DNA from: Gammaproteobacteria bacterium
GTDB taxonomy: Bacteria > Pseudomonadota > Gammaproteobacteria > Eutrophobiales > Eutrophobiaceae
Assembly (NCBI GenBank): GCA_965238225.1
Contig: OZ250183.1
Coordinates: forward strand, 64,001-128,000
Direction of reading: 5' to 3'
Length of the DNA stretch: 64,000 nt
Part shown: positions 11,166-21,352 of the stretch, in pieces
Numbering within the stretch: position 1 is the stretch's first letter
Layout: the number at the start of each line of letters is the position of its first letter
Position numbers and translations under genes: made by a program
The notes under the pieces: model-generated
The model's input: the letters and a program-made list of their open reading frames with translations, nothing else
Told to the model about the DNA's origin: nothing
Databases searched by the model: none

Positions 11166-12014
11166 ATGGCGACTATCACTGAATTATTGCTAAAAGCGGA
11201 GCAGAGTATTAACTTTTCTGAGAGTCCGCGGTTGGACGCGGAAATATTATTTTGTTATGTCATGCAATTTAACCGCTCTAAAATTTATTCGCATCCAGAT
11301 GCAACCGTTCCTGATGATAAATCTGCACTATTTAAATCATTAATTAAAAAACGGCAAGAAGGGCACCCAGTCGCACATCTCACAGGCAAAAAAGAATTTT
11401 GGTCTTTAGAATTCGCCATCAACAAAGACACCTTGATCCCACGACCAGAAACGGAACTCGCGGTGGAAACTGCACTGCAAATAATCCCTGCCGATGCAAC
11501 ATTTAATATTCTAGACTTAGGTACAGGCAGTGGCGCTATAGCTGTAGCTGTAGCCTTTGAAAGACCAGGCTGCAAAATCGTTGCAACTGATATAAATAAA
11601 AATGCATTAGAGATGGCGCAGGAAAATGCTAAAACACATAAACTCGAAAACATTAAATTTTTCCTTAGCGACTGGTATCTAAATATTCCTCCACAATCGT
11701 TTGATTTGATTATCAGTAATCCGCCTTATGTCAAAAAAGACGACGAATATTTATCACAAGGAGATGTACGATTTGAATCTCACCTTGCGCTTTGTGCAGA
11801 TTTAGACGGCATGCAGGCAATTAATATCATCCTTAAACATGCAGGCAGCTATCTTGCTTGCGGTGCTCATCTCATTATTGAGCATGCTTATAATCAAAAA
11901 AAATTAGTCCAAAAAGCGTTCTTAGAAAATAACTTCAAGGAGATTAAAACATTTCAGGATTTATCCGGGCAAGATAGAATCACTCTAGGTCATTATAGCG
12001 GGCAATTACCATAG
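11166..12014 (+). CDS. prmC: Release factor glutamine methyltransferase
   Basis: LIPRPETE, LDLGTGSGAIA, SNPPY; follows prfA. Confidence 0.97.
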   Translation: MATITELLLKAEQSINFSESPRLDAEILFCYVMQFNRSKIYSHPDATVPDDKSALFKSLIKKRQEGHPVAHLTGKKEFWSLEFAINKDTLIPRPETELAVETALQIIPADATFNILDLGTGSGAIAVAVAFERPGCKIVATDINKNALEMAQENAKTHKLENIKFFLSDWYLNIPPQSFDLIISNPPYVKKDDEYLSQGDVRFESHLALCADLDGMQAINIILKHAGSYLACGAHLIIEHAYNQKKLVQKAFLENNFKEIKTFQDLSGQDRITLGHYSGQLP

Positions 12015-12047
12015 TAATACGCTAAAGATAGCAGCAAAAATATAAAT

Positions 12048-12791
12048 ATGGATAACGACAAACTACTACGTTACAGCAGGCAAATGATGTTGCCGGAGAT
12101 TGATGCTGAAGGTCAAAAACGGCTCGAAGACTCGCGCGTCTTAATCATAGGCTTAGGTGGGCTAGGATCATCTTCATCTATTTATCTTGCAGCAGCGGGT
12201 GTTGGTCATCTTGTATTGGTCGATTTTGACAAAGTTGATATTTCCAATCTGCAAAGGCAAATTGTACATGCAAATAAAGATATAGGCCGACTCAAGGTAG
12301 ACTCAGCAAGAGAACATTTGCTTGCGCTTAACCCTGAAACACAAATCACAACGATTGATCACAAGATTGAAGATGAAGCATTAGAAGAACAGGTAAAATT
12401 ATCCAGCGTTGTACTCGATTGCAGTGATAATTTTCAAACGCGCTTTGCCATAAATGATGCCTGTGTGAAACATAAAACCCCTTTGGTATCGGGCGCTGCA
12501 ATTCGTTTTGAGGCACAAGTCAGTGTCTTTGACCCCCGCCATAAAAACTCGCCTTGCTATCGCTGCTTGTATGGTGATGCAACAGAAGTAGCGCAAACCT
12601 GTACAGCAAATGGTGTTATTGCTCCCTTACTTGGAATCATCGGCAGCATTCAGGCATGCGAAGCCATGAAGATTATTATGCAAATAGGCAAACCACTTGA
12701 AGGCAGATTATTACTTATAGATGTTATGCGGATGGAATGGCACACAGCAACACTAAACAAAGATCCAAATTGCCCTGTTTGTAGTTGTTAG
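12048..12791 (+). CDS. moeB: MoeB/ThiF-family adenylyltransferase
   Basis: RYSRQ, GLGGLG, SNLQRQ, DCSDNF, CYRC and CPVC zinc sites. Confidence 0.9.
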   Translation: MDNDKLLRYSRQMMLPEIDAEGQKRLEDSRVLIIGLGGLGSSSSIYLAAAGVGHLVLVDFDKVDISNLQRQIVHANKDIGRLKVDSAREHLLALNPETQITTIDHKIEDEALEEQVKLSSVVLDCSDNFQTRFAINDACVKHKTPLVSGAAIRFEAQVSVFDPRHKNSPCYRCLYGDATEVAQTCTANGVIAPLLGIIGSIQACEAMKIIMQIGKPLEGRLLLIDVMRMEWHTATLNKDPNCPVCSC

Positions 12792-12890
12792 ATCGCAAAG
12801 AGTGTATAAATAGAGTTAGACGCTGGACAAATTCACGACACACCAAATATGCAATAATCTCTGACTATTATGCGCTTAAGTAGTTACATA

Positions 12891-13757
12891 TTATTGCCCA
12901 TCAATTTTTAATCCATTTTCTTCAGCCTTGATACGCATGTAATTGATAAATGCGGTACATACAACAAGCATAAATTGTGCATCAAAATATGTAACATTAC
13001 TTTCTTTAAATGTTCCATGCCGTATGCCTTCCGCATCACTTGTATAGGCGTACAATTTTAACAATGCCTCTTTCCATGCGGGATGAATTCCTTGTTTATT
13101 CTCAATTTTTTCAAGCGCTTTATTTAAAGTTGCCTTTTCATCTCCTGCAATTAACTTACATAGTGCTTCAATAGCACTTATTGCTTCTTTCATGGAATTT
13201 TTATAATCAGGTCAATTTCCTATCTGATAATAATTGTAATGATGATTTTAAATGTTTGTTTACACCAAGAATATTATCAGTTCCTTCAATAGCTTCTTCT
13301 ATGCTTTTTATTTCTTCTTCTGAAGTTATGTTGATTATTTCTTTATCAATAAAACGATATGCGGACTTATCTTTTTCTAATACTTTATTTGCAAACTTAG
13401 TAAATCCATCAATTAATAATCCTTCTGGTGCATTTTTAGCAGTAAATTCTAATAAATCATAAACTTCATACCATTCACATTACAAAAAATATTCTTTTAT
13501 ATGAAGATATTGCTCTACTAAAACTCTCTGGAATAGAGTCAAGTGTCTCCCCAAAATAAGAATGCCAATACCTAGAAAATAATAGGTATAAAGAAAGTCT
13601 TGCGAAAAAGAGCTGTTAGGATGGAAGAAAGATATTTTGAAATATCTTTAAATCTAATGCATTCCATAATCTCTTACGCAAATCATCGTCCATTGAATCT
13701 TTTTGTATAGAGTCCCTAGTCCTTCTTGTAATTATATCTTTCAGAAAAAGTTGACAT
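12891..13757 (-). pseudogene. AbiJ-NTD4-type putative anti-phage protein, frameshifted
   Basis: Frame-hopping translation: MSTFSERYNYK / IQKDSMDDDLRKRLWN / EWYEVYDLLEF..NKVLEKDKSAYRFI..HLKSSLQLLSDR / PDYKNSMKEAISAIEA..LYAYTSDAEGIRHG..DAQFMLVVCTAFINY. It lies immediately 3' of tRNA-Phe. Confidence 0.75.
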
Positions 13758-13784
13758 TTTGTTTACATAAGTAAAGTTTAAAAA

Positions 13785-13861
<77 letters not shown>

Positions 13862-13989
13862 ATTAATAAAAAATATCTAAAAACTAATAACGCACTCAAG
13901 CTAAAATAGGCTTAAGTTTGTTATACGCCGCAGCTTTTAGGTACAAAAACTCACTTAAATAATGTTATAGCGACAAGAAAAAAACGCGT

Positions 13990-14018
13990 ATTAAACAGAC
14001 CTTATCCTAGTTCGTCAA
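13990..14018 (-). promoter_or_regulatory. Sigma-70 promoter for tRNA-Phe
   Basis: TTGACG-17 nt-TTTAAT followed by GC-rich ACGCG, typical of stable-RNA promoters. Confidence 0.6.
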
Positions 14019-14054
14019 GCCTGCATAAACGCTATAAATTATTCGTCAAAAGAA

Positions 14055-14327
14055 TTATTCAGAAGGCGCAACAAATTCATCAGGCCGTTTTGAACCAGAC
14101 CCAAAAAAGAATTTTTCCATTTCTTCTTCAAGGAATTTTCGTGCCTTGGGTTCAATCGGCGTTAATCGGTATTCATTGATTAACATCGTTTGATGCCCCA
14201 GCCATTCTTGCCAAGCTTCCTGGCAAACATTCTGATAGATTCTTTTGCCTAAATCACCAGGATAAGGCGGAACCTTAAGCCCTTCGCCTTCTTTGTTCAG
14301 CTTTACACACTGCACTGTCCTGCTCAT
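14055..14327 (-). CDS. yggX: Fe(II)-trafficking / oxidative damage protection protein
   Basis: [38 protein letters not shown]; downstream of mutY. Confidence 0.96.
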   Translation of the reverse strand: MSRTVQCVKLNKEGEGLKVPPYPGDLGKRIYQNVCQEAWQEWLGHQTMLINEYRLTPIEPKARKFLEEEMEKFFFGSGSKRPDEFVAPSE

Positions 14328-14384
14328 TTGCCACCTCTTATATGTATTGTCCGAGCACGCTCGGTTGATTACGGTTTATATCAG

Positions 14385-15443
14385 TTATTCTACCATTGTC
14401 AGTAATAAATTCTTAACGGGTGTGGGAACACCAAATTTTAAAGCATCGTAAGATATGCACCACTTTTGGTCAGTCATTTCCTTGTCATTATTACATTTTT
14501 TTACCTTTAGATGGATAGGTAAAATCTCCATACGAAAATGTGTCAGCTTGTGCTTGATGACTGATAATTTCCGGCTAATAGAGCCACTGAATCCGGTTTT
14601 TGCCAATAACCATTGCTCAATATCGTCATCAGGCGAACATTCAGGAAAACACCATAGACCGCCCCATATGCCTTTTGACGGACGTTTTTTAAATAACATT
14701 TCACCTTTATTATTTTCTAATAAAAGAAAAACTGACTTGCGCAAGGGAATTGTTTTTTTCGGCTTAGATGCTGGATATTTATGTTGGGATTTCTGTGCGT
14801 TTGCAAGGCAAGTTTTCGCTACTGGACAAATATCGCAGTGTGGCTTAGAACGTGTGCAAACAGTCGCGCCCAAGTCCATAATCGCTTGTGTGTATCTGGC
14901 AACATTTCGTTTCGGCGTAAGGTTTTCCGCTCTGCGCCACAGCGCTTTTTCTACTGCCGGCTCCCCTGACCAACCTTTGATTGCATAAAAACGGCACAAC
15001 ACCCGCTTTACATTGCCATCAAGAATAGCGTGGCGTTTTTTAAATGCGAGCGCCATAACAGCACCAGCAGTTGAGCGCCCGATACCCGGCAGCGTTAAAA
15101 GTTTTTCCTTATCAGCAGGCAAAACACCATCAAAATTATCACAAATTATTTTTGCAGCACGATGCAAGTTCCGCGCGCGTGCATAATAACCAAGGCCCGC
15201 CCAGTGGCTCAAAACATCATCAATATCTGCATTTGCCAGTAATTTGATGCTGGGAAATCGCGCAATAAAACGATTGTAATAGGGGATAACGGTCACAATC
15301 TGCGTTTGTTGTAACATGATTTCTGAAAGCCATACATGATAAGACCCTGTATGAGAAACATGCGCTTCCTGTTGCCAAGGCAGATCATGTCTGCCATAAC
15401 TATCGAACCAAGTGAGTAATTGATTTGAGAATTGATTATTCAT
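14385..15443 (-). CDS. mutY: A/G-specific adenine glycosylase
   Basis: WLSEIMLQQTQ, WAGLGYYARARN, HhH LPGIGRSTAGA, DGNVKRV, 4Fe-4S cysteine cluster, NUDIX-like tail. Confidence 0.97.
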   Translation of the reverse strand: MNNQFSNQLLTWFDSYGRHDLPWQQEAHVSHTGSYHVWLSEIMLQQTQIVTVIPYYNRFIARFPSIKLLANADIDDVLSHWAGLGYYARARNLHRAAKIICDNFDGVLPADKEKLLTLPGIGRSTAGAVMALAFKKRHAILDGNVKRVLCRFYAIKGWSGEPAVEKALWRRAENLTPKRNVARYTQAIMDLGATVCTRSKPHCDICPVAKTCLANAQKSQHKYPASKPKKTIPLRKSVFLLLENNKGEMLFKKRPSKGIWGGLWCFPECSPDDDIEQWLLAKTGFSGSISRKLSVIKHKLTHFRMEILPIHLKVKKCNNDKEMTDQKWCISYDALKFGVPTPVKNLLLTMVE

Positions 15444-15654
15444 CTACCCGAATACTAATAAACCCTGCACAGGTAATCTAGATGTTATTAACAATAACTG
15501 GGGTAAATTAGCTAAGAAAATATGAAACTTAAACCTCCATAAAAACGCGGTCTATTACTATGATTCCCATTTATTGTGTACACTGACCAGACTGAATCAT
15601 TATTTATAATCGTCACGTTTGAAAGGAATTATTACATAAGATTATATAATAAAT

Positions 15655-16388
15655 ATGGGCGATCTAAGCACTTGTTATAATTCTATAAGGCTCTTGTTAG
15701 GAAGCAATTGCGAACCGTGGCAATCAGTTGAGCTAGTAGAAAAATACCGCCAATATTGGAAGCCTGACAAGGTGAATGTTATCTTGCTAGCTGAGTCTCA
15801 TGTTTTCACCTCAATATCTGACCTAAACTACAAATTAAAAAAAATTACTGGGCTTGAAAACTACCCAGATCAATACGCTAAGTTTGTTTATTGCTTAGCT
15901 TATGGTGAGTCATCTGTTACCGCCGGCAATAACCACCCTGCTAGAGCTGATGGAACGCCTCAATTCTGGAAAATTTTTTATAGTTGTGTCAATAAAATAC
16001 AATCAAATAAATCATTTCGCGCCATTCTCAAAGCCGAAACTTTAACACCTGAGCGATTAAATAATAAAATTGTTCTACTGCAATCACTAAAAAAAGAGGC
16101 ATATGGTTGATTGATACTAGTATTGTAGCTTTATACAATAGCGGCAAGAAGCCCGATCACGATACGTTTGACAGGGTAATACAAACATCTTGGAATGGCT
16201 ATACAAAGAATGTAATCAATCAAGCAAACCCAAAACATATAATAATCATAGGCAAAGGTGTTGCTAACAATATAAAAAACGATGTAAGTAAAATTATGGG
16301 TAATAACTATACTGTCATACCTCAGCCACAAGCACACCTATCAGCAGAAAAATATTTGCTTAATTTTCAAAAATATTACAGTATCTGA
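15655..16388 (+). pseudogene. Hypothetical protein, possibly uracil-DNA glycosylase superfamily, split by one frameshift
   Basis: ORFs 15655-16110 and 16107-16388 join as LQSLKK/RGIWLIDTS if the A7 run at 16089-16095 is read as A8. Motifs VILLAESH, HIIIIGKGV and VIPQPQA resemble UDG-fold motifs. Confidence 0.55.
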
Positions 16389-16538
16389 TCCAAATATGAT
16401 GTCTTGTAAATCTGAATAGATTACTTGGCTAAATGTTTTATTGTTGTTTTTTTCAGTCTTTAAGAATAACCATCCCGAAAAGAAAGCCAATCAGGATGAC
16501 TGTGATCAACAAAAATTTTACGAATTTGGCTATTACCG

Positions 16539-17975
16539 CTAATCCTTATGTATATACACGCGTCCAAGACGTTCACGTCCAGCATGAATGGCTTTATAAA
16601 CCTGCTCTGGTGCAGTGCCTCCCTGATGATTGCGCGCTGCAACTGATCCTTCCAAGCTCAAACAATCAAAGACATCCGTCTCTATCACATCACTGAATTG
16701 TGTTAATTCATCCAACGTTAATTCGGATAAATCCTTACCTGATTTTATTGCATACTGCACCGAGCGACCCACAATCGCGTGCGCATCCCGGAAAACAATA
16801 TCTTTACGTACCAGATAATCTGCCAAATCAGTCGCCGTGGTAAACCCCAACATGGCAGCTTCGCGCATACGCTCCTTGTTTGTCACTATTTCAGGCAGCA
16901 AACCTGCGTAAGCCTGCAAACAGGCTTTGACAGTGTCAATGACATCAAACAAAGATTCCTTGTCTTCTTGATTGTCTCGGTTATAAGCCAATGGTTGAGC
17001 CTTCATTAAGGTCAATAAGCCCATCAAATGTCCATACACCCGTGCGGTTTTCCCACGTACCAGCTCAGGAATATCTGGATTTTTTTTCTGGGGCATAATA
17101 GAAGACCCCGTGCACCAAGCATCGCCCAATTCAATGAACCCAAACTGTTGCGACATCCACAACACCAGTTCTTCTGAAAAACGGGACAAATGCATCATCA
17201 TCAAAGCAGAACAGCTGCCAAACTCAATGGCAAAATCCCGATCACTAACGGCATCCATAGAATTATTTGCCACTGCTGGAAAATCTAATAATCGAGCAGT
17301 GTACTGCTGGTCAATTGGGTAGCTTGTACCGGCAAGAGCGGCTGCGCCCAGCGGCATTACATTAACGCGTGTATAACAATCACTAAGCCGCAGGCAATCC
17401 CTATAAAGCATTTCAAACCAAGACATTATATGGTGACCAAATGTTACAGGTTGCGCTGCTTGCATATGTGTAAACCCGGGCATAATTGTTTCAGCCTCGC
17501 GTTCGGCAATAACCAATAACGCTGACATGACATCACACAACAAGCGCTGAATGTCAGCCATTTCATCACGTAGATAAAGGCGTATATCTGTGGCTACCTG
17601 ATCATTTCGTGAACGCCCAGTGTGTAGTTTTTTACCAACATCACCAATACGGGCAACCAATGCGGTTTCGATATTCATATGCACATCTTCTAACGCGCTC
17701 TGCCACTTGAAGTCTCCTTGGTTTATCTCCACTTCTATAGCGTGTAAGCCTTCAATAATTTGCTCAGATTCCTGGCTAGAAAGCACACCAACCTTGGCCA
17801 ACATCCTAACGTGCGCTACTGAGCCTAAAATGTCATGATGGTAAAGACGTTGATCATAAGAAACAGACTGCGTAAATTCTTCAACAAAGGCATCGGCAGG
17901 CGCAGAAAAACGCCCGCCCCAGGATTTACTTGATTCGGGTTTATTTGACTTGCTTTTATCAATTGTATTTGTCAT
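16539..17975 (-). CDS. argH: Argininosuccinate lyase
   Basis: [41 protein letters not shown]. Confidence 0.98.
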   Translation of the reverse strand: MTNTIDKSKSNKPESSKSWGGRFSAPADAFVEEFTQSVSYDQRLYHHDILGSVAHVRMLAKVGVLSSQESEQIIEGLHAIEVEINQGDFKWQSALEDVHMNIETALVARIGDVGKKLHTGRSRNDQVATDIRLYLRDEMADIQRLLCDVMSALLVIAEREAETIMPGFTHMQAAQPVTFGHHIMSWFEMLYRDCLRLSDCYTRVNVMPLGAAALAGTSYPIDQQYTARLLDFPAVANNSMDAVSDRDFAIEFGSCSALMMMHLSRFSEELVLWMSQQFGFIELGDAWCTGSSIMPQKKNPDIPELVRGKTARVYGHLMGLLTLMKAQPLAYNRDNQEDKESLFDVIDTVKACLQAYAGLLPEIVTNKERMREAAMLGFTTATDLADYLVRKDIVFRDAHAIVGRSVQYAIKSGKDLSELTLDELTQFSDVIETDVFDCLSLEGSVAARNHQGGTAPEQVYKAIHAGRERLGRVYIHKD

Positions 17976-18069
17976 TTTTTAAGTACAATCAACAATATTT
18001 TGTTTCTATGGTTGATAATTTCCGACAGTATAACGTAAGCTATCTTTGAACATTCATTTATTTATAACA

Positions 18070-19122
18070 ATGAGCCAACAACAAACACATTCTTTTTTAC
18101 CGAATTTCTGCACCTCACGCATGCTTTTTGTCGTGATTCTTTTGGGCGAATTATTGGCTATTACACTGACACTTACAGCTTCAACATCACACCAGAATCG
18201 CGTAACAAATTTGGCGCTATATTCCCTCTTTATTCAGTGGACAAGCTTATCTTGCACAGCGGCATTGTGTCTTGGCAGAAGCTATCTGAACCGCCTGTCA
18301 GATTATTGGGCAGCGAGCCTCAGTTATTGCTTAACCCTACTCATAACTTTGGCAATCACAGAACTTGCATGGTGGATATTTAACGCAAGACCCACGCTAA
18401 TAGACAGGAGTGCAGAACATGGTGCCTTCTTCCTGGAATGTATGGGCATCAGTACCATTGTAAGCGCGCTTTTATTGCGCTATTTCTTTATACAGCACCA
18501 ATGGCGGAAAAATATTAAATCAGAGGCACAAGCAAGGACACAGGCACTGCAATCCCGCATCCGACCACATTTCTTGTTTAATTGCATGAATACTATTGCC
18601 AGCTTAACACGCAAAGATCCGAAACTCGCCGAAGAAGCCACAGAAGATCTGGCTGATTTGTTTCGCGTCAGTCTGAAAGAAGCCAAGAGGCTTTCTACCA
18701 TAGCTGAAGAAATCTCTTTATGTAAACGCTATTTGCGTATTGAGTCACACCGCTTTGGCAATAGACTGAAGACAGTCTGGGAAACAAATGATTTGCCTGA
18801 ACATGCACAACTGCCCGTCCTAACGCTTCAACCCATCTTGGAAAATGCAATTTATCATGGCATAGAACCCTTGCTCGAAGGGGGTGTGATCTATATTCGT
18901 GGTCAATTATCTGCAAATAAAATAAATATCACAATTGATAATCCACTGCCTGCCAAGGACAATACCAGCTACCATCAAGGTAACCAAATGGCTCAAGATA
19001 ATATTCGGCAACGTTTATCTGCGCATTATGGGAGCGAGGCGCAATTGCTAACACAAATAGAGAATTATCGTTACATTACAAACATCATCATACCTTACTC
19101 TCATGAAAATACTCATCGTTGA
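18070..19122 (+). CDS. algZ: LytS-family sensor kinase FimS/AlgZ
   Basis: FLPNFC, TM helices, ALQSRIRPHFLFN, LQPILENAIYHG; divergent from argH and upstream of a LytTR regulator. Confidence 0.88.
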   Translation: MSQQQTHSFLPNFCTSRMLFVVILLGELLAITLTLTASTSHQNRVTNLALYSLFIQWTSLSCTAALCLGRSYLNRLSDYWAASLSYCLTLLITLAITELAWWIFNARPTLIDRSAEHGAFFLECMGISTIVSALLLRYFFIQHQWRKNIKSEAQARTQALQSRIRPHFLFNCMNTIASLTRKDPKLAEEATEDLADLFRVSLKEAKRLSTIAEEISLCKRYLRIESHRFGNRLKTVWETNDLPEHAQLPVLTLQPILENAIYHGIEPLLEGGVIYIRGQLSANKINITIDNPLPAKDNTSYHQGNQMAQDNIRQRLSAHYGSEAQLLTQIENYRYITNIIIPYSHENTHR

Positions 19123-19837
19123 TGACGAAATACTTGCCCGCGATCGGTTAGTCAGCTTGGTTTCTGAATTGAGTGCTGACTTTTCAATCTTGGAAGCTGA
19201 AAATGGTGTTGCGGCACTCAAAGTGGTAAACAAGGAATCCCCCAAACTCATATTGTTGGATATTCGTATGCCAGTCATGGACGGGCTTGAAGTTGCACAA
19301 CATCTTGGCAATTTGGAGATGCCTCCGGCAATCATTTTTACTACAGCCTATCAGGACTATGCTTTAGATGCTTTTGATGCGCACGCGATTGATTATTTGA
19401 TGAAGCCTGTTCGTAAAGAACGTTTGCAACAAGCCATCAATAAAGCCAAAGCCTTAAACAAAATCAATCTTAATGATTTAAGAAGTGATCATAATAAAAA
19501 TAGCGGTCGCACCCATTTGAGCACAACCGTTCAGGGCAATCTGAAAATTATCCCTATAGAAAAAATTTACTACCTGAAGGCAGACCAAAAATATGTCGCA
19601 GCTTGCTGGCCAAACGGGAGTTTATTGCTTAATGAGTCTCTCAAATCTCTTGAACAGGAATTTTCTTTACGGTTTATACGTATCCACCGTAACACACTGG
19701 TAGCGCTCGCACATATTCTGGGGCTAAACAAAGATGAGGCGGGCAATATTTCTGTTAGCGTACGAGGAATAGAAACACGCTTACCAGTAAGCAGGCGGCA
19801 TGCTCATAATGTAAGAAAAGTGCTAAAACAATTATAA
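19103..19837 (+). CDS. algR: LytTR-family response regulator AlgR
   Basis: IVDDE..ARDRL, LLDIRMP, DYLMKP, ADQKYV, FIRIHRN, VSRRH. Confidence 0.9.
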   Translation: MKILIVDDEILARDRLVSLVSELSADFSILEAENGVAALKVVNKESPKLILLDIRMPVMDGLEVAQHLGNLEMPPAIIFTTAYQDYALDAFDAHAIDYLMKPVRKERLQQAINKAKALNKINLNDLRSDHNKNSGRTHLSTTVQGNLKIIPIEKIYYLKADQKYVAACWPNGSLLLNESLKSLEQEFSLRFIRIHRNTLVALAHILGLNKDEAGNISVSVRGIETRLPVSRRHAHNVRKVLKQL

Positions 19838-19838
19838 C

Positions 19839-21152
19839 TTACAATTCGGATCCACTGGAAAATTCAGATTTACAATGCTCAGATTCTCTTGCTGCTGCCA
19901 GCAATGCAAGTCTGGCTATCACACCGTAGGCATAAAAACGATTCGGGTGCGCATCAGCGCCTGTGTCTATTTCAGGAGCAATACAACAATCATCAAATGC
20001 CAAAGGCTCAAAACGCATCCCTGGCGAGTTAAGATTTTCATTTGCGGCACGGGTATCGTGAACGCGATAGAAACCACCAACAACATTATGATCAATCATA
20101 TAGACAACAGGTTCGGCAACTGTTTTTTCTTTTCCCCAAGTTTCATGGGTATATACACCTTCCTGAATAATGACTTTTGTCACTTTCTGACCTTCTTTGA
20201 TGGTTGACATACGGGTGCGTTGTTTACGATTTAGTTCGACAATATCATCAACATTATCGACAGCCATGATACCCATACCATATGTCCCGTTATCTGCTTT
20301 TACGATGACGTAAGGCCGATACTTTATATTGTGTTCATCATATTTTTCCTGTATCTCTTTTAGCAAGACATCAGTATTTTTTTTCAGGCAAGAACTGCCT
20401 TCATGTTGCATGAAATCTATTTCGCCACAATTTCTAAATAATGGATCAATAAACCAAGGATCAATGCCAAGATGTTCACCAAACTCAGTAGCGAGTTTCT
20501 GGTAGTGTCTGAAATGAACGGACTTCAACCGATTAGACCAACCCAGCACAAGCTCTGGCATCATTGTCTGCTTTAAAGATTCAAGAACCTCGGGCCGCCC
20601 TGAGGAAAGATCGTTATTCAGGATAATCAATTCAGGAATAAAATCACCAACGGATACCTCGTCTTTATTTCTTTGTAATGGCTCCAGAAACACTGATTTG
20701 CCTAATTTTAATTTAATACTCAATGGCTCTGACATAGTCTCCAATACTGAACCCAGTTTCACCTCAAAACCTGCCCTTTCTATAATCTGCTTCAGGGCAG
20801 CCAAACTCTCCAGATAAAAAAGATTACGAGTATGATTTTCGGAAATGATCAAAATCTTGTCTACTTGGTGTGGTAATCCCTCAACAGCCAGTTGAACTGC
20901 TTGTATACACAGAGATTCGAATGCTGTGTTCAGATTATTAAAACCTGCCGGAAAAAGGTTTGTATCCACTGGTGCCAGCTTATATCCGGCATTGCGTAAA
21001 TCAACAGAGGCATAAAAAGGGGCTGGTGTTGTTCGCCACTGGCTCCGAAACCATGACTCAATACTTGACTGGCAGTCAACCAAATGCTGTTCAATCTGGT
21101 GTAATGGATCAGCCAGTGCTGTGGTTAGATGCGGGGCAGGGTTAGAATTCAT
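19839..21152 (-). CDS. gshA: Glutamate--cysteine ligase (Acidithiobacillus/betaproteobacterial type)
   Basis: PFYASVDLRNAGYKLAPVDTNLFPAGFNNL, ENHTRN, LNNDLS, KADNGTYGMG, ENLNSPGM. Confidence 0.93.
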   Translation of the reverse strand: MNSNPAPHLTTALADPLHQIEQHLVDCQSSIESWFRSQWRTTPAPFYASVDLRNAGYKLAPVDTNLFPAGFNNLNTAFESLCIQAVQLAVEGLPHQVDKILIISENHTRNLFYLESLAALKQIIERAGFEVKLGSVLETMSEPLSIKLKLGKSVFLEPLQRNKDEVSVGDFIPELIILNNDLSSGRPEVLESLKQTMMPELVLGWSNRLKSVHFRHYQKLATEFGEHLGIDPWFIDPLFRNCGEIDFMQHEGSSCLKKNTDVLLKEIQEKYDEHNIKYRPYVIVKADNGTYGMGIMAVDNVDDIVELNRKQRTRMSTIKEGQKVTKVIIQEGVYTHETWGKEKTVAEPVVYMIDHNVVGGFYRVHDTRAANENLNSPGMRFEPLAFDDCCIAPEIDTGADAHPNRFYAYGVIARLALLAAARESEHCKSEFSSGSEL

Positions 21153-21352
21153 GAACTTTTATAGATATCTTCGTATGCCAGCTTATCAGGATAAGCTGAT
21201 TAGGTTGCACTTGCATGTTTATTTATCAGATTCATAAGGAAATTGTCGGAAAAACCACGGGGAAATCGCACTTTTCTGGTTTGGCATCTAATGCCACATC
21301 TTTAACGCCGCATTTTAAAACATTCAACCAAGAATAGCTTATAATACGACCC

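Noticed and set aside
12814-12821. GTTAGAC as an integron attC core site
   Set aside because: No matching inverse core site or hairpin nearby, and no integrase
21282-21296. TGGCATCTAATGC as a sigma-54 promoter
   Set aside because: GG to GC spacing is two bases too short; it is only a palindrome
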